NCBI GenBank assembly: GCA_964505555.1 | Contig: CAZDIO010000102.1 | Coordinates: forward strand, 13,355 to 77,354 | Length of the DNA stretch: 64,000 bases | Reading direction: 5' to 3' | Origin: an uncultured Bdellovibrionales bacterium | Lineage (GTDB): Bacteria > Bdellovibrionota_C > UBA2361 > SZUA-149 > CAZDIO01 | Shown here: one piece after another, positions 48,410 through 56,267 of the stretch | How the letters are laid out: each line of letters opens with the position of its first letter | Position numbering within the stretch: position 1 is the stretch's first letter | The notes under the pieces: generated by a model | Told to the model about the DNA's origin: nothing | What the model saw: the letters and a program-made list of their open reading frames with translations, nothing else | Database searches by the model: none | Position numbers and translations under genes: made by a program

Positions 48410-49333
48410 ATGAAAGAGAACGACAACAATACGTTTGTTGCTGTAATCAGAGCAAAACTTCAAGCAGGGGGGCGCACTCTCGCATCAACGGAAAATGCAC
48501 CACTGCATACACTACGATTTCGGATGATGGCAAATCAATTTCTCTCTATTCTTTCTTCGTTACTTTCTTTACATCTTACAAAGGAAGTTCATATCTCACT
48601 TGATGAGTCATCAACCTTTCCTCGATCACCTGAAGAGGGGTGCGATGGAGAACAGGTGATCGTGAATCTTCGAGTGTATCATCAAAATATACAACTTGTT
48701 TTACCCGGAGAGCTTGTTCATGACCTTGGTGCTTACGTCCTTCATAAGATGCCAACAGCGGTAATCTCTTCTCTCACGAACGAAGAGATTACCGCTGTGA
48801 GTTTCTTAATCGCTTCAGTCCTTGCTGATCGAGCGCTCTCGAAACAACGAATCTACCTCTCTTCAGTGCACAAAAAATGTAACGAAGAAAAACAAGAGAC
48901 CTCAAAACGCGATCGAGAACAAAATCAGCAACTCTGTGTATCAGCCACGGTTGATAAGAGTCACTACCGAGTGCTCGTACGTATCCCCGAGGAGCTTGTT
49001 GGGCGTTTAGAAAGTTATGGGAAATTAATCTTTCATAGGGAACAAACAACACGTCTTCTTTCAAGGGTGTTTGCGCAGTGGTCGCTGCAACTTCGACTCA
49101 ACGTAGGATCGCTTCACGGTCTTACTGCGCTAAAAGAAGGTCAACGTTTTCCACTTACAGAGTCTACGGGGGCACTTTTTTCTCCAAGCCCTCTCTGTGG
49201 TGAAGAAGGGGTAGCGGTTGAAATACTTTCTGCAAGTATTCCTGGACTTTTAAAATTACGAATTAGGGGAGAAAAAGATTTATATCAACGCACTCAATGG
49301 AGGAATAATGACCAGAGAAGATGCCCACAGTAA
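48410..49333 (+). CDS. sctQ: SctQ-like protein, N-terminal part of a split cytoplasmic-ring/sorting-platform protein (contains a SpoA-like C-terminal segment)
   Basis: 307 aa. C-terminal LQLRLNVGSLHGLTALKEGQRFPL...VAVEILSASIPGLLKLRI fits the SpoA/FliN-fold pattern. Overlaps the next SpoA gene by 26 nt. Confidence 0.45.
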   Translation: MKENDNNTFVAVIRAKLQAGGRTLASTENAPLHTLRFRMMANQFLSILSSLLSLHLTKEVHISLDESSTFPRSPEEGCDGEQVIVNLRVYHQNIQLVLPGELVHDLGAYVLHKMPTAVISSLTNEEITAVSFLIASVLADRALSKQRIYLSSVHKKCNEEKQETSKRDREQNQQLCVSATVDKSHYRVLVRIPEELVGRLESYGKLIFHREQTTRLLSRVFAQWSLQLRLNVGSLHGLTALKEGQRFPLTESTGALFSPSPLCGEEGVAVEILSASIPGLLKLRIRGEKDLYQRTQWRNNDQRRCPQ

Positions 49334-49673
49334 TGAATTGTTTAGAGAATTTACAAATCACCATACCCAGACGATGAACCAAAATGGGGAATCGGCTCGT
49401 GAAATAAAGCGAGAAAGCGGCTCATTGCTTACATTGCAGCAAGCAAAATTTCTTTCAGAGATACAGGTTGGGCTTGATGTCGAGATCGGAAAACTCTCCA
49501 TCCCAGCAGATAAACTCATTGATCTCCTTCCTGGGCAAACATTTGAGTTTGAGTTTGATCCGCTTCTAGAGGTTTCGCTCTCACTGGGAGGAGAAAAGAT
49601 AGCAAAAGCTAAATTCATGCTTGATGGAGAGACGCTCTATCTTGAAGTGAGCTCAGTAAAAACCACTTTATGA
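49308..49673 (+). CDS. SpoA/FliN/SctQ-C domain protein (separate C-terminal SctQ gene)
   Basis: 121 aa. VGLDVEIGKLSIPADKLIDLLPGQTFEFEFDPLLEVSLSLGGEKIAKAKFMLDGETLYLEV is the classic SpoA domain. Confidence 0.7.
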   Translation: MTREDAHSNELFREFTNHHTQTMNQNGESAREIKRESGSLLTLQQAKFLSEIQVGLDVEIGKLSIPADKLIDLLPGQTFEFEFDPLLEVSLSLGGEKIAKAKFMLDGETLYLEVSSVKTTL

Positions 49674-49768
49674 CAAAACCGATCGGAAACCATTGATGGA
49701 AATAAACGATAATACGTACGAGACCTAAAAACTGTTGTGAATTAATTGAATTAATAAGGAGAAATAAC

Positions 49769-50071
49769 ATGTCAGATGTAGCCTCGGCGCTTTTTAATAT
49801 CGGAAGTGTTGTGCGTGAAACCGCAAGTTACTTACCAGAACCTGCAACGCAAGGCGTTAGTATGTTTTCTGACGTTATGGATATCGTAAAAAGCCTCACC
49901 GGTAATGGTGTTGGTGGAGTTCCTACCGAGATCGGCGGGGACTTTATGGAACTTCTTGAATTGCAGATTCAAACTCAGCTTGAGCTTCAGACGGTATCAA
50001 TGGTGTCAAACGTTGAGAAGTCTGAACACGAATCAAAGATGGCTGCGATTCGAAACGTTCGCGTAAACTAA
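49769..50071 (+). CDS. Small T3SS-associated protein, needle/inner-rod (SctF/SctI)-like candidate
   Basis: 100 aa, helical. C-terminus ...KMAAIRNVRVN. Position between sctQ and sctV. RBS AAGGAGA. Confidence 0.3.
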   Translation: MSDVASALFNIGSVVRETASYLPEPATQGVSMFSDVMDIVKSLTGNGVGGVPTEIGGDFMELLELQIQTQLELQTVSMVSNVEKSEHESKMAAIRNVRVN

Positions 50072-50099
50072 AACAAGAAAATTAGATTGGAGAAATACT

Positions 50100-50417
50100 A
50101 TGGCCGTATCAAGTGTAACCACCGCTGCACCTCAAACAGCCGAAGGAAAAGCAGCAAAGAGTGAAGGTGAAGATAAAAAGGAGCGCACCTCTCAGGTGAA
50201 CCAATGGGGAAAAGAGATCCTTGATTTAAAAACCTCAAATGCGCGTCTTCTTGAGATCGTTGAAGCAGCAACAAAAGAGGCAAATGATAGCCCCTGGGTG
50301 ATGAACATGATTGAAAAGTTCATCGGTCAACGGGCGGTAAAGGGTGCCGCTGTTTCAAACATGATTCAAGCAATCATGGAAACGATGAAACGAATCGCTA
50401 ATAATATTGGGCGTTAG
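50100..50417 (+). CDS. Small T3SS-associated protein, needle/inner-rod (SctF/SctI)-like candidate
   Basis: 105 aa. C-terminus VSNMIQAIMETMKRIANNIGR resembles needle-family C-termini (…IIQNFR-like). RBS GGAGAAA. Confidence 0.3.
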   Translation: MAVSSVTTAAPQTAEGKAAKSEGEDKKERTSQVNQWGKEILDLKTSNARLLEIVEAATKEANDSPWVMNMIEKFIGQRAVKGAAVSNMIQAIMETMKRIANNIGR

Positions 50418-50428
50418 TTTCTGATTCC

Positions 50429-52507
50429 ATGAGGCAGCACGCCAAAATACGCGATATTTTACTCCCTATCGCTGTTGTTGCGGTAGTAGGGATGATGATT
50501 TTTCCTTTACCATCAGGAGTGCTCGATGCGCTCCTGATGGTAAATATCGCGTTTTCTTTAGTTCTTCTGGTAAGTTCTGTTTATCTTTCTGAACCAAGAC
50601 ACTTTACCTCCCTTCCAGCGATCCTTCTCCTCTCCACTCTTTTTCGCTTAGGATTAAACGTTTCAACAACACGACAGATTCTTGGTCATGCCGAGGCACC
50701 TGAGATTATTGTTGCCTTTGGTTCTTTTGTTGTAACTGGAAGTTTAATTGTCGGTGCGGTGGTATTTTTGATTATCACCGTAGTGCAGTTTCTAGTGATC
50801 ACCAAGGGGGCAGAGAGAGTTGCTGAGGTTGCCGCGAGATTTACCCTCGATGCGATGCCTGGAAAACAGATGGCGATTGATGCTGATGTGCGTTCAGGTT
50901 CCATTAGTGTTGAAGAGGCAAAGGAGCGAAGGCTTGAATTACAACAGGAATCAAAACTCTACGGTGCCCTTGATGGGGCGATGAAGTTTATCAAAGGGGA
51001 CGCAATTGCTGGTTTGATCATCATCGTTATTAATATCACCGCAGGCCTTGCTGTGGGGGTAACACAGATGGGGCTTAGTTTTTCAGAGGCTCTTCATAAG
51101 TACACCCTCTATACGATTGGTGATGGCCTTGTTTCACAACTTCCGGCACTTCTTGTCTCTGTGGCAGCGGGGATTGTAATTACCAGGGTTGAAAATAAAA
51201 GTGGGGCTTTTCTCGGAAGAGATATCTTTGTTCAACTCGGTGCAGAACCTCAAGCCGTGGCCACCAGTGGAGGAGTGCTTCTTCTTCTCTCACTTGTTCC
51301 TGCGTTGCCAGGAATTCCTTTTTTTGTTGTTGGGGTAATTCTTCTTTCTCTTGCAAGAAAGACAAGTCTTCGACAGAAAAGCTCTGAACAGGGAAGGACA
51401 GATTCAGAGTTTCGACCAAAGGTATTTTCTCCACTCGTTTTAGTTCTCTCCCCCGGAGCTGCCGTTCTTCTTCAACGGCTCGGCACCCTTCCCAAGGCGA
51501 TTCATCAATTACGAAGCGAGATGTTTCAAAAATGGGGGGTGATTGTTCCCGATGTCCAATTTGATCTAGAAAAAGGGGAGAGTGAGATCGCTCTCTGGGT
51601 TACTCTTCATGGAGTGCAAGTTGATTCGCTTCGTGGAGATGAAAAAGATTCTGGAGTTTTTGTTGAGAAAACTATTCAATGCTTACAACAGTCCATTGAA
51701 GCTCATCTTTCTGAACTCATCGATGATACGCAAACAAGAATGCTTCTTGAGGTTCATCAAAGCGTTGCCGAGGATCTGATCAATAGTGTCATTCCTGAGA
51801 TGTTGAGTATTACGGCGCTCACGACAATTCTTCGGCAGTTAGTTATTGAGGGGATCCATATTCGTCAGATGCGTTCGATCCTCCAAGCCGTAGCAGAATC
51901 TCATCTTCGCGAGCAGGAGATGAGCCTTTCACTCCCGAGTGCTTCCGGTGCAAATTCACAACGTCTGCAACTTTTAGGGAAGAAAGAAGGAGCGACAAGG
52001 CAAGGACGAGAGCTCCTTGCTGATGTGAGAATCTCTTTAAAGCGAGTTATTTCAAAACAGATCACGGATGATAATTGGAATTTACAAGCCTTCATCTGTG
52101 CGCCTCTTTTGGAACAGATATTTTCCTCTCCCGTTGCCCTTGGAGCGCCCATTGAACCGGGAATACGTGAAAGCATTTTGAATCAGATTAATAAAGCATT
52201 CTCTACACAAAATACCCCCACAAAAGTTCTCTTAACTTCTAAACAGTCACGAACAAATCTCTTCAACCTGATTCGTTTTGACTGTCCAATGGTCTCAGTT
52301 ATCGCAATTGATGAGCTGGCTCCTGAAGTGACGCTCAGTATTCTTGGGGAGATAAAATTAGAAACTGGAGAGACAGCAGACAGTGAGGAGCAGGAAGGGG
52401 GCAAGAGTAAGAAGATTCAGGAAGAGACTCAAGCTAAACCGGAGCGGAGAGTTTTTCGAAATGTTTCTGAAGTGAGAACAAAAGATTCTCAGAAGATCGC
52501 AGCATAA
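50429..52507 (+). CDS. sctV: Type III secretion export-gate protein SctV (LcrD/InvA/CdsV family; injectisome-type rather than FlhA)
   Basis: 692 aa. FLVITKGAERVAEVAARFTLDAMPGKQMAIDAD, AMKFIKGDAIAGLIIIVIN and TIGDGLVSQLPALL match the LcrD/YscV variants (SLDAMPGKQM, FVKGDAIAGLIII, GDGMVSQVPALL) more closely than the FlhA variants (VLDGMPGKQM, FVRGDAIAGILIM). Confidence 0.85.
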   Translation: MRQHAKIRDILLPIAVVAVVGMMIFPLPSGVLDALLMVNIAFSLVLLVSSVYLSEPRHFTSLPAILLLSTLFRLGLNVSTTRQILGHAEAPEIIVAFGSFVVTGSLIVGAVVFLIITVVQFLVITKGAERVAEVAARFTLDAMPGKQMAIDADVRSGSISVEEAKERRLELQQESKLYGALDGAMKFIKGDAIAGLIIIVINITAGLAVGVTQMGLSFSEALHKYTLYTIGDGLVSQLPALLVSVAAGIVITRVENKSGAFLGRDIFVQLGAEPQAVATSGGVLLLLSLVPALPGIPFFVVGVILLSLARKTSLRQKSSEQGRTDSEFRPKVFSPLVLVLSPGAAVLLQRLGTLPKAIHQLRSEMFQKWGVIVPDVQFDLEKGESEIALWVTLHGVQVDSLRGDEKDSGVFVEKTIQCLQQSIEAHLSELIDDTQTRMLLEVHQSVAEDLINSVIPEMLSITALTTILRQLVIEGIHIRQMRSILQAVAESHLREQEMSLSLPSASGANSQRLQLLGKKEGATRQGRELLADVRISLKRVISKQITDDNWNLQAFICAPLLEQIFSSPVALGAPIEPGIRESILNQINKAFSTQNTPTKVLLTSKQSRTNLFNLIRFDCPMVSVIAIDELAPEVTLSILGEIKLETGETADSEEQEGGKSKKIQEETQAKPERRVFRNVSEVRTKDSQKIAA

Positions 52508-52528
52508 TCTTAGCGCGCTGTATGGGAG

Positions 52529-53146
52529 GTGAAAATGAATATATCTTATAGAAAAATCTCTCTTCATCATTTAGCACTCTGGAGTTTTGTCTGTTTCATT
52601 CTTTTCTTGAGTACTGGCTGTATTTACCGAAATAAAAATAGCCTTACGGCTCATGAAGCCGTAACTCGGGAAACAAAGATGAAGTCACTCCTTGCTTTTA
52701 GTGTTTCACAGCTTCGAATCGGAGATGAAGTGGCACTTGATCGCGCCTATGCAACGCTTGAGCTTGCACGAGAGTTAGACCCAAACGATGCACGAGTGTT
52801 TGATGGTTTAGGAAGTGTGGAATGGCGTCGCGAAGGGTATAAGTTAGCGGAGTTCTACTTTAAAAAAGCGGTATCTCTTGATCCTAACTATTCTCGTCCG
52901 TATGCACATCTTTCGCTTGTTGCAGAAAGAAATGGTGATTATCAGGCAGCAAAAGAGCTCCTTCTAAAATCTCTTGAACTTAATCCTCTTAATTACCGGG
53001 CAAGAAACAACTACGCCGCCCTTCTTGTTCGTTACGGAAATCAAACAAGTAATGAACAAACGGCGTACTATGAGTTTCTAAAAGTTGCCCGAGGTGCTTC
53101 AAAAGAAGATCCCGTTCTTCAGTATAATCTAGGTCGGTTTGAGTAG
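52529..53146 (+). CDS. TPR-repeat lipoprotein
   Basis: 205 aa. Signal plus LSTGC lipobox. At least three TPR units (AYATLELARELDPNDARVF..., AEFYFKKAVSLDPNYSRPY..., AKELLLKSLELNPLNYRAR...). Confidence 0.6.
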   Translation: MKMNISYRKISLHHLALWSFVCFILFLSTGCIYRNKNSLTAHEAVTRETKMKSLLAFSVSQLRIGDEVALDRAYATLELARELDPNDARVFDGLGSVEWRREGYKLAEFYFKKAVSLDPNYSRPYAHLSLVAERNGDYQAAKELLLKSLELNPLNYRARNNYAALLVRYGNQTSNEQTAYYEFLKVARGASKEDPVLQYNLGRFE

Positions 53147-53183
53147 GCGTTATCCGTAGTCGCAGGAGGAACCTGATTTTTAA

Positions 53184-53271
53184 TTGAACACAGAGTTTCA
53201 CAGGGTTACACAGAGTAAAGAGAAGAGATTTTAAATTTAACTCTGTGTAACCCTGTGAAACTCTGTGTTCA
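53184..53271. repeat. Family A palindromic repeat, copy A5
   Basis: ttgaacacagagtttcacagggttacacagagt aaagagaagagattttaaattta actctgtgtaaccctgtgaaactctgtgttca. Confidence 0.9.
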
Positions 53272-53329
53272 TACCAGAAGCTAAATGGACCTACTCTAGC
53301 CTTACAATTCAAAACTTGCTAAGTATTCA

Positions 53330-54337
53330 TTGGAAATCCCTCTTCGGATATTTATGCAAGATCCTCAATCAACGATAAATGTTTCTTCAATAGATTACTC
53401 GCCAACGGTAGGGATAGTAATTATCAATTATAACTGCGCTCCTTATACGCTAGACTGCCTGCGCACAGTAGAGAAGCTTTCCTATACAAATTATTTTGTA
53501 GTGATCATTGATAACAACTCCCCAGATCTCTCCGGCTACTACTTACAACAAGCGCTCAAAGATAAGCGGGTAACCGTCATTATCAACCCTGAAAACTGTG
53601 GCTTCGGGGCAGGAAACAATATCGGTATTCGTCATGCGTTAGAAGGGGAGGCAGAGTATATCTGGCTTTTAAATGCAGATACCTTTGTTCATCCTGAGGC
53701 ACTCTCCCAACTTGTAAAACAAGCAAACGAATATCCTGAGGTTGGAGCGTTTGGAAGTAAGGTTCTGTATGAGGAAGAACCTTTGTCTCCTAAAAAAGAA
53801 GAGGGAAAACCGATAATATGGAGTGCTGGAGCCTCGATAGATTTTTCTAAAGAAGAAGTAAAGATGTTTGGTTCCCATGAAGAAGATCGAGGGCAGCACG
53901 ATCAGCTCCGCGAGTGCGAATACATTCCCGGATGCTCACTTTTCTTTCCTGCAAAGGTGATCTCAGAAGTTGGCTACCTGCCGGAAGAATACTTTATGTA
54001 TTTTGAAGAAACAGAGTGGTGTACGAGGATGAGAAAAAAGCATTTCAAACTGCTCTATGTTCCAGAAAGTGTAGTTTGGCACCGGTTTCAAGATAACAAA
54101 ATGCAAACCCCTTTTGGAGTGTATTATTACAACAGAAATAATCGTTACTTCTGGTTTCGTCAGGGAGATATCTTTAAAAAAATCGCGATGATTGTGCGAA
54201 CACTTTTTAAAGACCTTCCCCGTGCACAGAGAGCGTTTAAAAAAGCCCCCGATGAAGCTTCTCGCGAAATCTTCTCTGCTCACCGAGCTAGCTGTCTTGA
54301 TTTTCTTTTTGGGAGGTTTGGGAAGAGACGGTATTGA
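53330..54337 (+). CDS. Glycosyltransferase family 2
   Basis: 335 aa. VGIVIINYNCAPYTLDCL...VVIIDNNSPD, DxD-like NADTF, and GCSLFFPAKV. Start may be downstream of 53330. Confidence 0.8.
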   Translation: MEIPLRIFMQDPQSTINVSSIDYSPTVGIVIINYNCAPYTLDCLRTVEKLSYTNYFVVIIDNNSPDLSGYYLQQALKDKRVTVIINPENCGFGAGNNIGIRHALEGEAEYIWLLNADTFVHPEALSQLVKQANEYPEVGAFGSKVLYEEEPLSPKKEEGKPIIWSAGASIDFSKEEVKMFGSHEEDRGQHDQLRECEYIPGCSLFFPAKVISEVGYLPEEYFMYFEETEWCTRMRKKHFKLLYVPESVVWHRFQDNKMQTPFGVYYYNRNNRYFWFRQGDIFKKIAMIVRTLFKDLPRAQRAFKKAPDEASREIFSAHRASCLDFLFGRFGKRRY

Positions 54338-54379
54338 GTTAAATATTGATATGTTAAATGTTTGCGAGTGTTTTTAGGA

Positions 54380-54457
54380 TGAACACAGAGTTCAACAGAG
54401 GAAAGAAAACAAACCAATAATTTTAACTCTGTGAAACCCTGTGAAACTCTGTGTTCA
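54380..54457. repeat. Family A palindromic repeat, copy A6 (diverged)
   Basis: gaacacagagttcaacagagg aaagaaaacaaaccaataatttta actctgtgaaaccctgtgaaactctgtgttca. Confidence 0.75.
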
Positions 54458-54516
54458 TTATAAAGAAACTAATCAATACTTACGGAATCCTTTTTTGGGA
54501 ATGATGTTCAATCTGA

Positions 54517-55671
54517 CTACGCCATCGCGCTCGTAATAAAAAATCCCCACATGATCGTCATCGCTGCTAGCAAGGCGGTAAATACAATATAGAGAGTTTT
54601 TCTAAATCCCGTTGAATCCTCACTTTTGGCAAGAAGTAAAAAGATAGGAAAGAGCACCATAACGATTCTTCCCATCGATTGTAAGGTTCCGGTGAGAATT
54701 GATACAACAACGGGAAGAAGGGTAAGTAACGATAGTGAATAATTCTTTTTACGAAAAAGTTCGGCAGAAGATAAAAAAGCAATCAGTACACACAGACAAT
54801 TAAAAAAGGTAAAGTTCCAGTCCGTCATTACATGTTCTGGGTGCTTAAAAAGTGAACCGACAAGGGTAAAAAGTGAATTTTCTCCTCCCCGACCCCACGC
54901 GGCCTGGTTTTTTGAAAATGCCAAAGGATCTCCTGTAAGTGCATAGAGATGAAGCATGAAAAGGACTATCCCGAGTGGAGCGATAATCGTGATCAACACG
55001 CTTTGAATGGAAAACAATCTCACCTTTTTATGGCAAAACAGTAAGTATCCAGGAAGCATCAGGAGACCAAGGGGTCGTGTGGCAGTGGAGAGGGAGAAGC
55101 AAAGAGCAGAGAGAAGAAACTTATCTTTTTGAACTAAGTAGAAACTTCCAATAACCAGTAACAAAAAGAGCGATTCGGTAAAAGGCGCTGAGAAGAAATA
55201 ACTTGTTGGAAACAAACATAACAGCCAAAGCGCTTCAGCTGCTTGGGATTTAGTCATCCCGTATTGCAATGAAAATTTATAGAGAAGCACTAAAGCGAAA
55301 AAAAATGAGATGTTTGAGAGAATAACCCCGACCCCAACATAACTGTTCCAGAACTTAGAGAAAAATGAGAGGAGGAGTGGATAGAGGGGAAAGAAGGCCC
55401 AATTTCTTTGGATCGTTCCCTGTGCCGGCTCGCGATGGTAACCATTTTTTGCAATATTAATATACCAACCCGCATCTGCAGCGCTGAAGATACTCAGAAG
55501 AGTTTGAGTAATCTCTTTTTTTGAAAGAAAGATTTCGGGATGACGTACAACTCCTCCAGGAGACGCTGAGGGGGAAACGTGGAGTTGTGAACTAAAAATT
55601 AATAAGACTAAAATCAGCAATCTTGAGATAAAAAACGGCTTGGCTGACTCAATTATCGGTTCAGATAACAT
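54517..55671 (-). CDS. Polytopic membrane protein, GT87/DUF2029 (PIG-V-like mannosyltransferase) family candidate
   Basis: 384 aa. DAGWYINIAKNGY...NWAFFPLYPLL resembles the DUF2029 N-terminal signature. 9–10 TM. Confidence 0.5.
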   Translation of the reverse strand: MLSEPIIESAKPFFISRLLILVLLIFSSQLHVSPSASPGGVVRHPEIFLSKKEITQTLLSIFSAADAGWYINIAKNGYHREPAQGTIQRNWAFFPLYPLLLSFFSKFWNSYVGVGVILSNISFFFALVLLYKFSLQYGMTKSQAAEALWLLCLFPTSYFFSAPFTESLFLLLVIGSFYLVQKDKFLLSALCFSLSTATRPLGLLMLPGYLLFCHKKVRLFSIQSVLITIIAPLGIVLFMLHLYALTGDPLAFSKNQAAWGRGGENSLFTLVGSLFKHPEHVMTDWNFTFFNCLCVLIAFLSSAELFRKKNYSLSLLTLLPVVVSILTGTLQSMGRIVMVLFPIFLLLAKSEDSTGFRKTLYIVFTALLAAMTIMWGFFITSAMA

Positions 55672-55835
55672 AATTTTACAAACAGTAACCTTAATTAAGT
55701 GAATTTAGAGATAGAGTTCTTGCAGGAAATCACTTTTTTTTCAAACCCCATATCTTAGGGTTTTTTCAAACGATATAATAGGCGCCTCTCCTGGAGGAGC
55801 TTTTTTAACAATTAGAGGAAAATAAAGGGAAACTA

Positions 55836-56048
55836 GTGGTGGATGAGGTAACTTTGGAAACAAGAAACGAAGTAAATAATGATTTATTCCTCTCAGCAGC
55901 TGCAATAGTCGATGCTGCTATTGCTTGTCAGGAAGCCAAGGGCCACGAAGTAAGCCCAGAACTTCGCCCGACACTCATTCAGGCAATTATCGATGATCCA
56001 CTCTTAACGGCAGCGATTTTTAAGAACCCAACCTGTCTTATTCAATAG
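55836..56048 (+). CDS. Small hypothetical protein
   Basis: 70 aa, acidic, no TM. Weak evidence. Followed by repeat C2. Confidence 0.25.
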   Translation: MVDEVTLETRNEVNNDLFLSAAAIVDAAIACQEAKGHEVSPELRPTLIQAIIDDPLLTAAIFKNPTCLIQ

Positions 56049-56133
56049 TGGAAACTTCTCACTGAAGTATTTACCTTTTAATCTTCTATTTAGACTAAGT
56101 AGAAGATTTAGAGCTTCTGATACAATGAAAACA

Positions 56134-56235
56134 CCTGTCGTTGCGAGCCGGGAGGCCCGGCCGCCGGGCGAAGCGAAGCAATCTCGTATTACCAATGAGG
56201 GTTCGAGATTGCTTCGCTTCGCTCGCAACGACAGG
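56134..56235. repeat. Family C palindromic repeat, copy C2 (outer cctgtcgttgcgagc/gctcgcaacgacagg arms enclosing nested inner hairpins)
   Basis: cctgtcgttgcgagc cgggaggcccgg ccgccgggcgaagcgaagcaatctcg...cgagattgcttcgcttc gctcgcaacgacagg. Confidence 0.85.
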
Positions 56236-56267
56236 AAGGAGTTATTCATTAAATTGTGAAAGTCTCA

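Noticed and set aside
50429-52507. Possibility that the 692-aa export-gate protein is flagellar FlhA (a flagellin gene is present in the window)
   Set aside because: Diagnostic blocks (TLDAMPGKQM, FIKGDAIAGLIII, GDGLVSQLPALL) match injectisome LcrD/YscV variants rather than the FlhA variants (VLDGMPGKQM, FVRGDAIAGILIM). Neighbouring SctJ-type lipoprotein and SpoA genes also support SctV.
33064-54457. Whether the repeated palindromes could be a CRISPR array
   Set aside because: Copies are tens of kb apart, not in a regularly spaced tandem array, and each unit is a long hairpin with a variable loop rather than direct repeats separated by unique spacers. No cas genes were seen.
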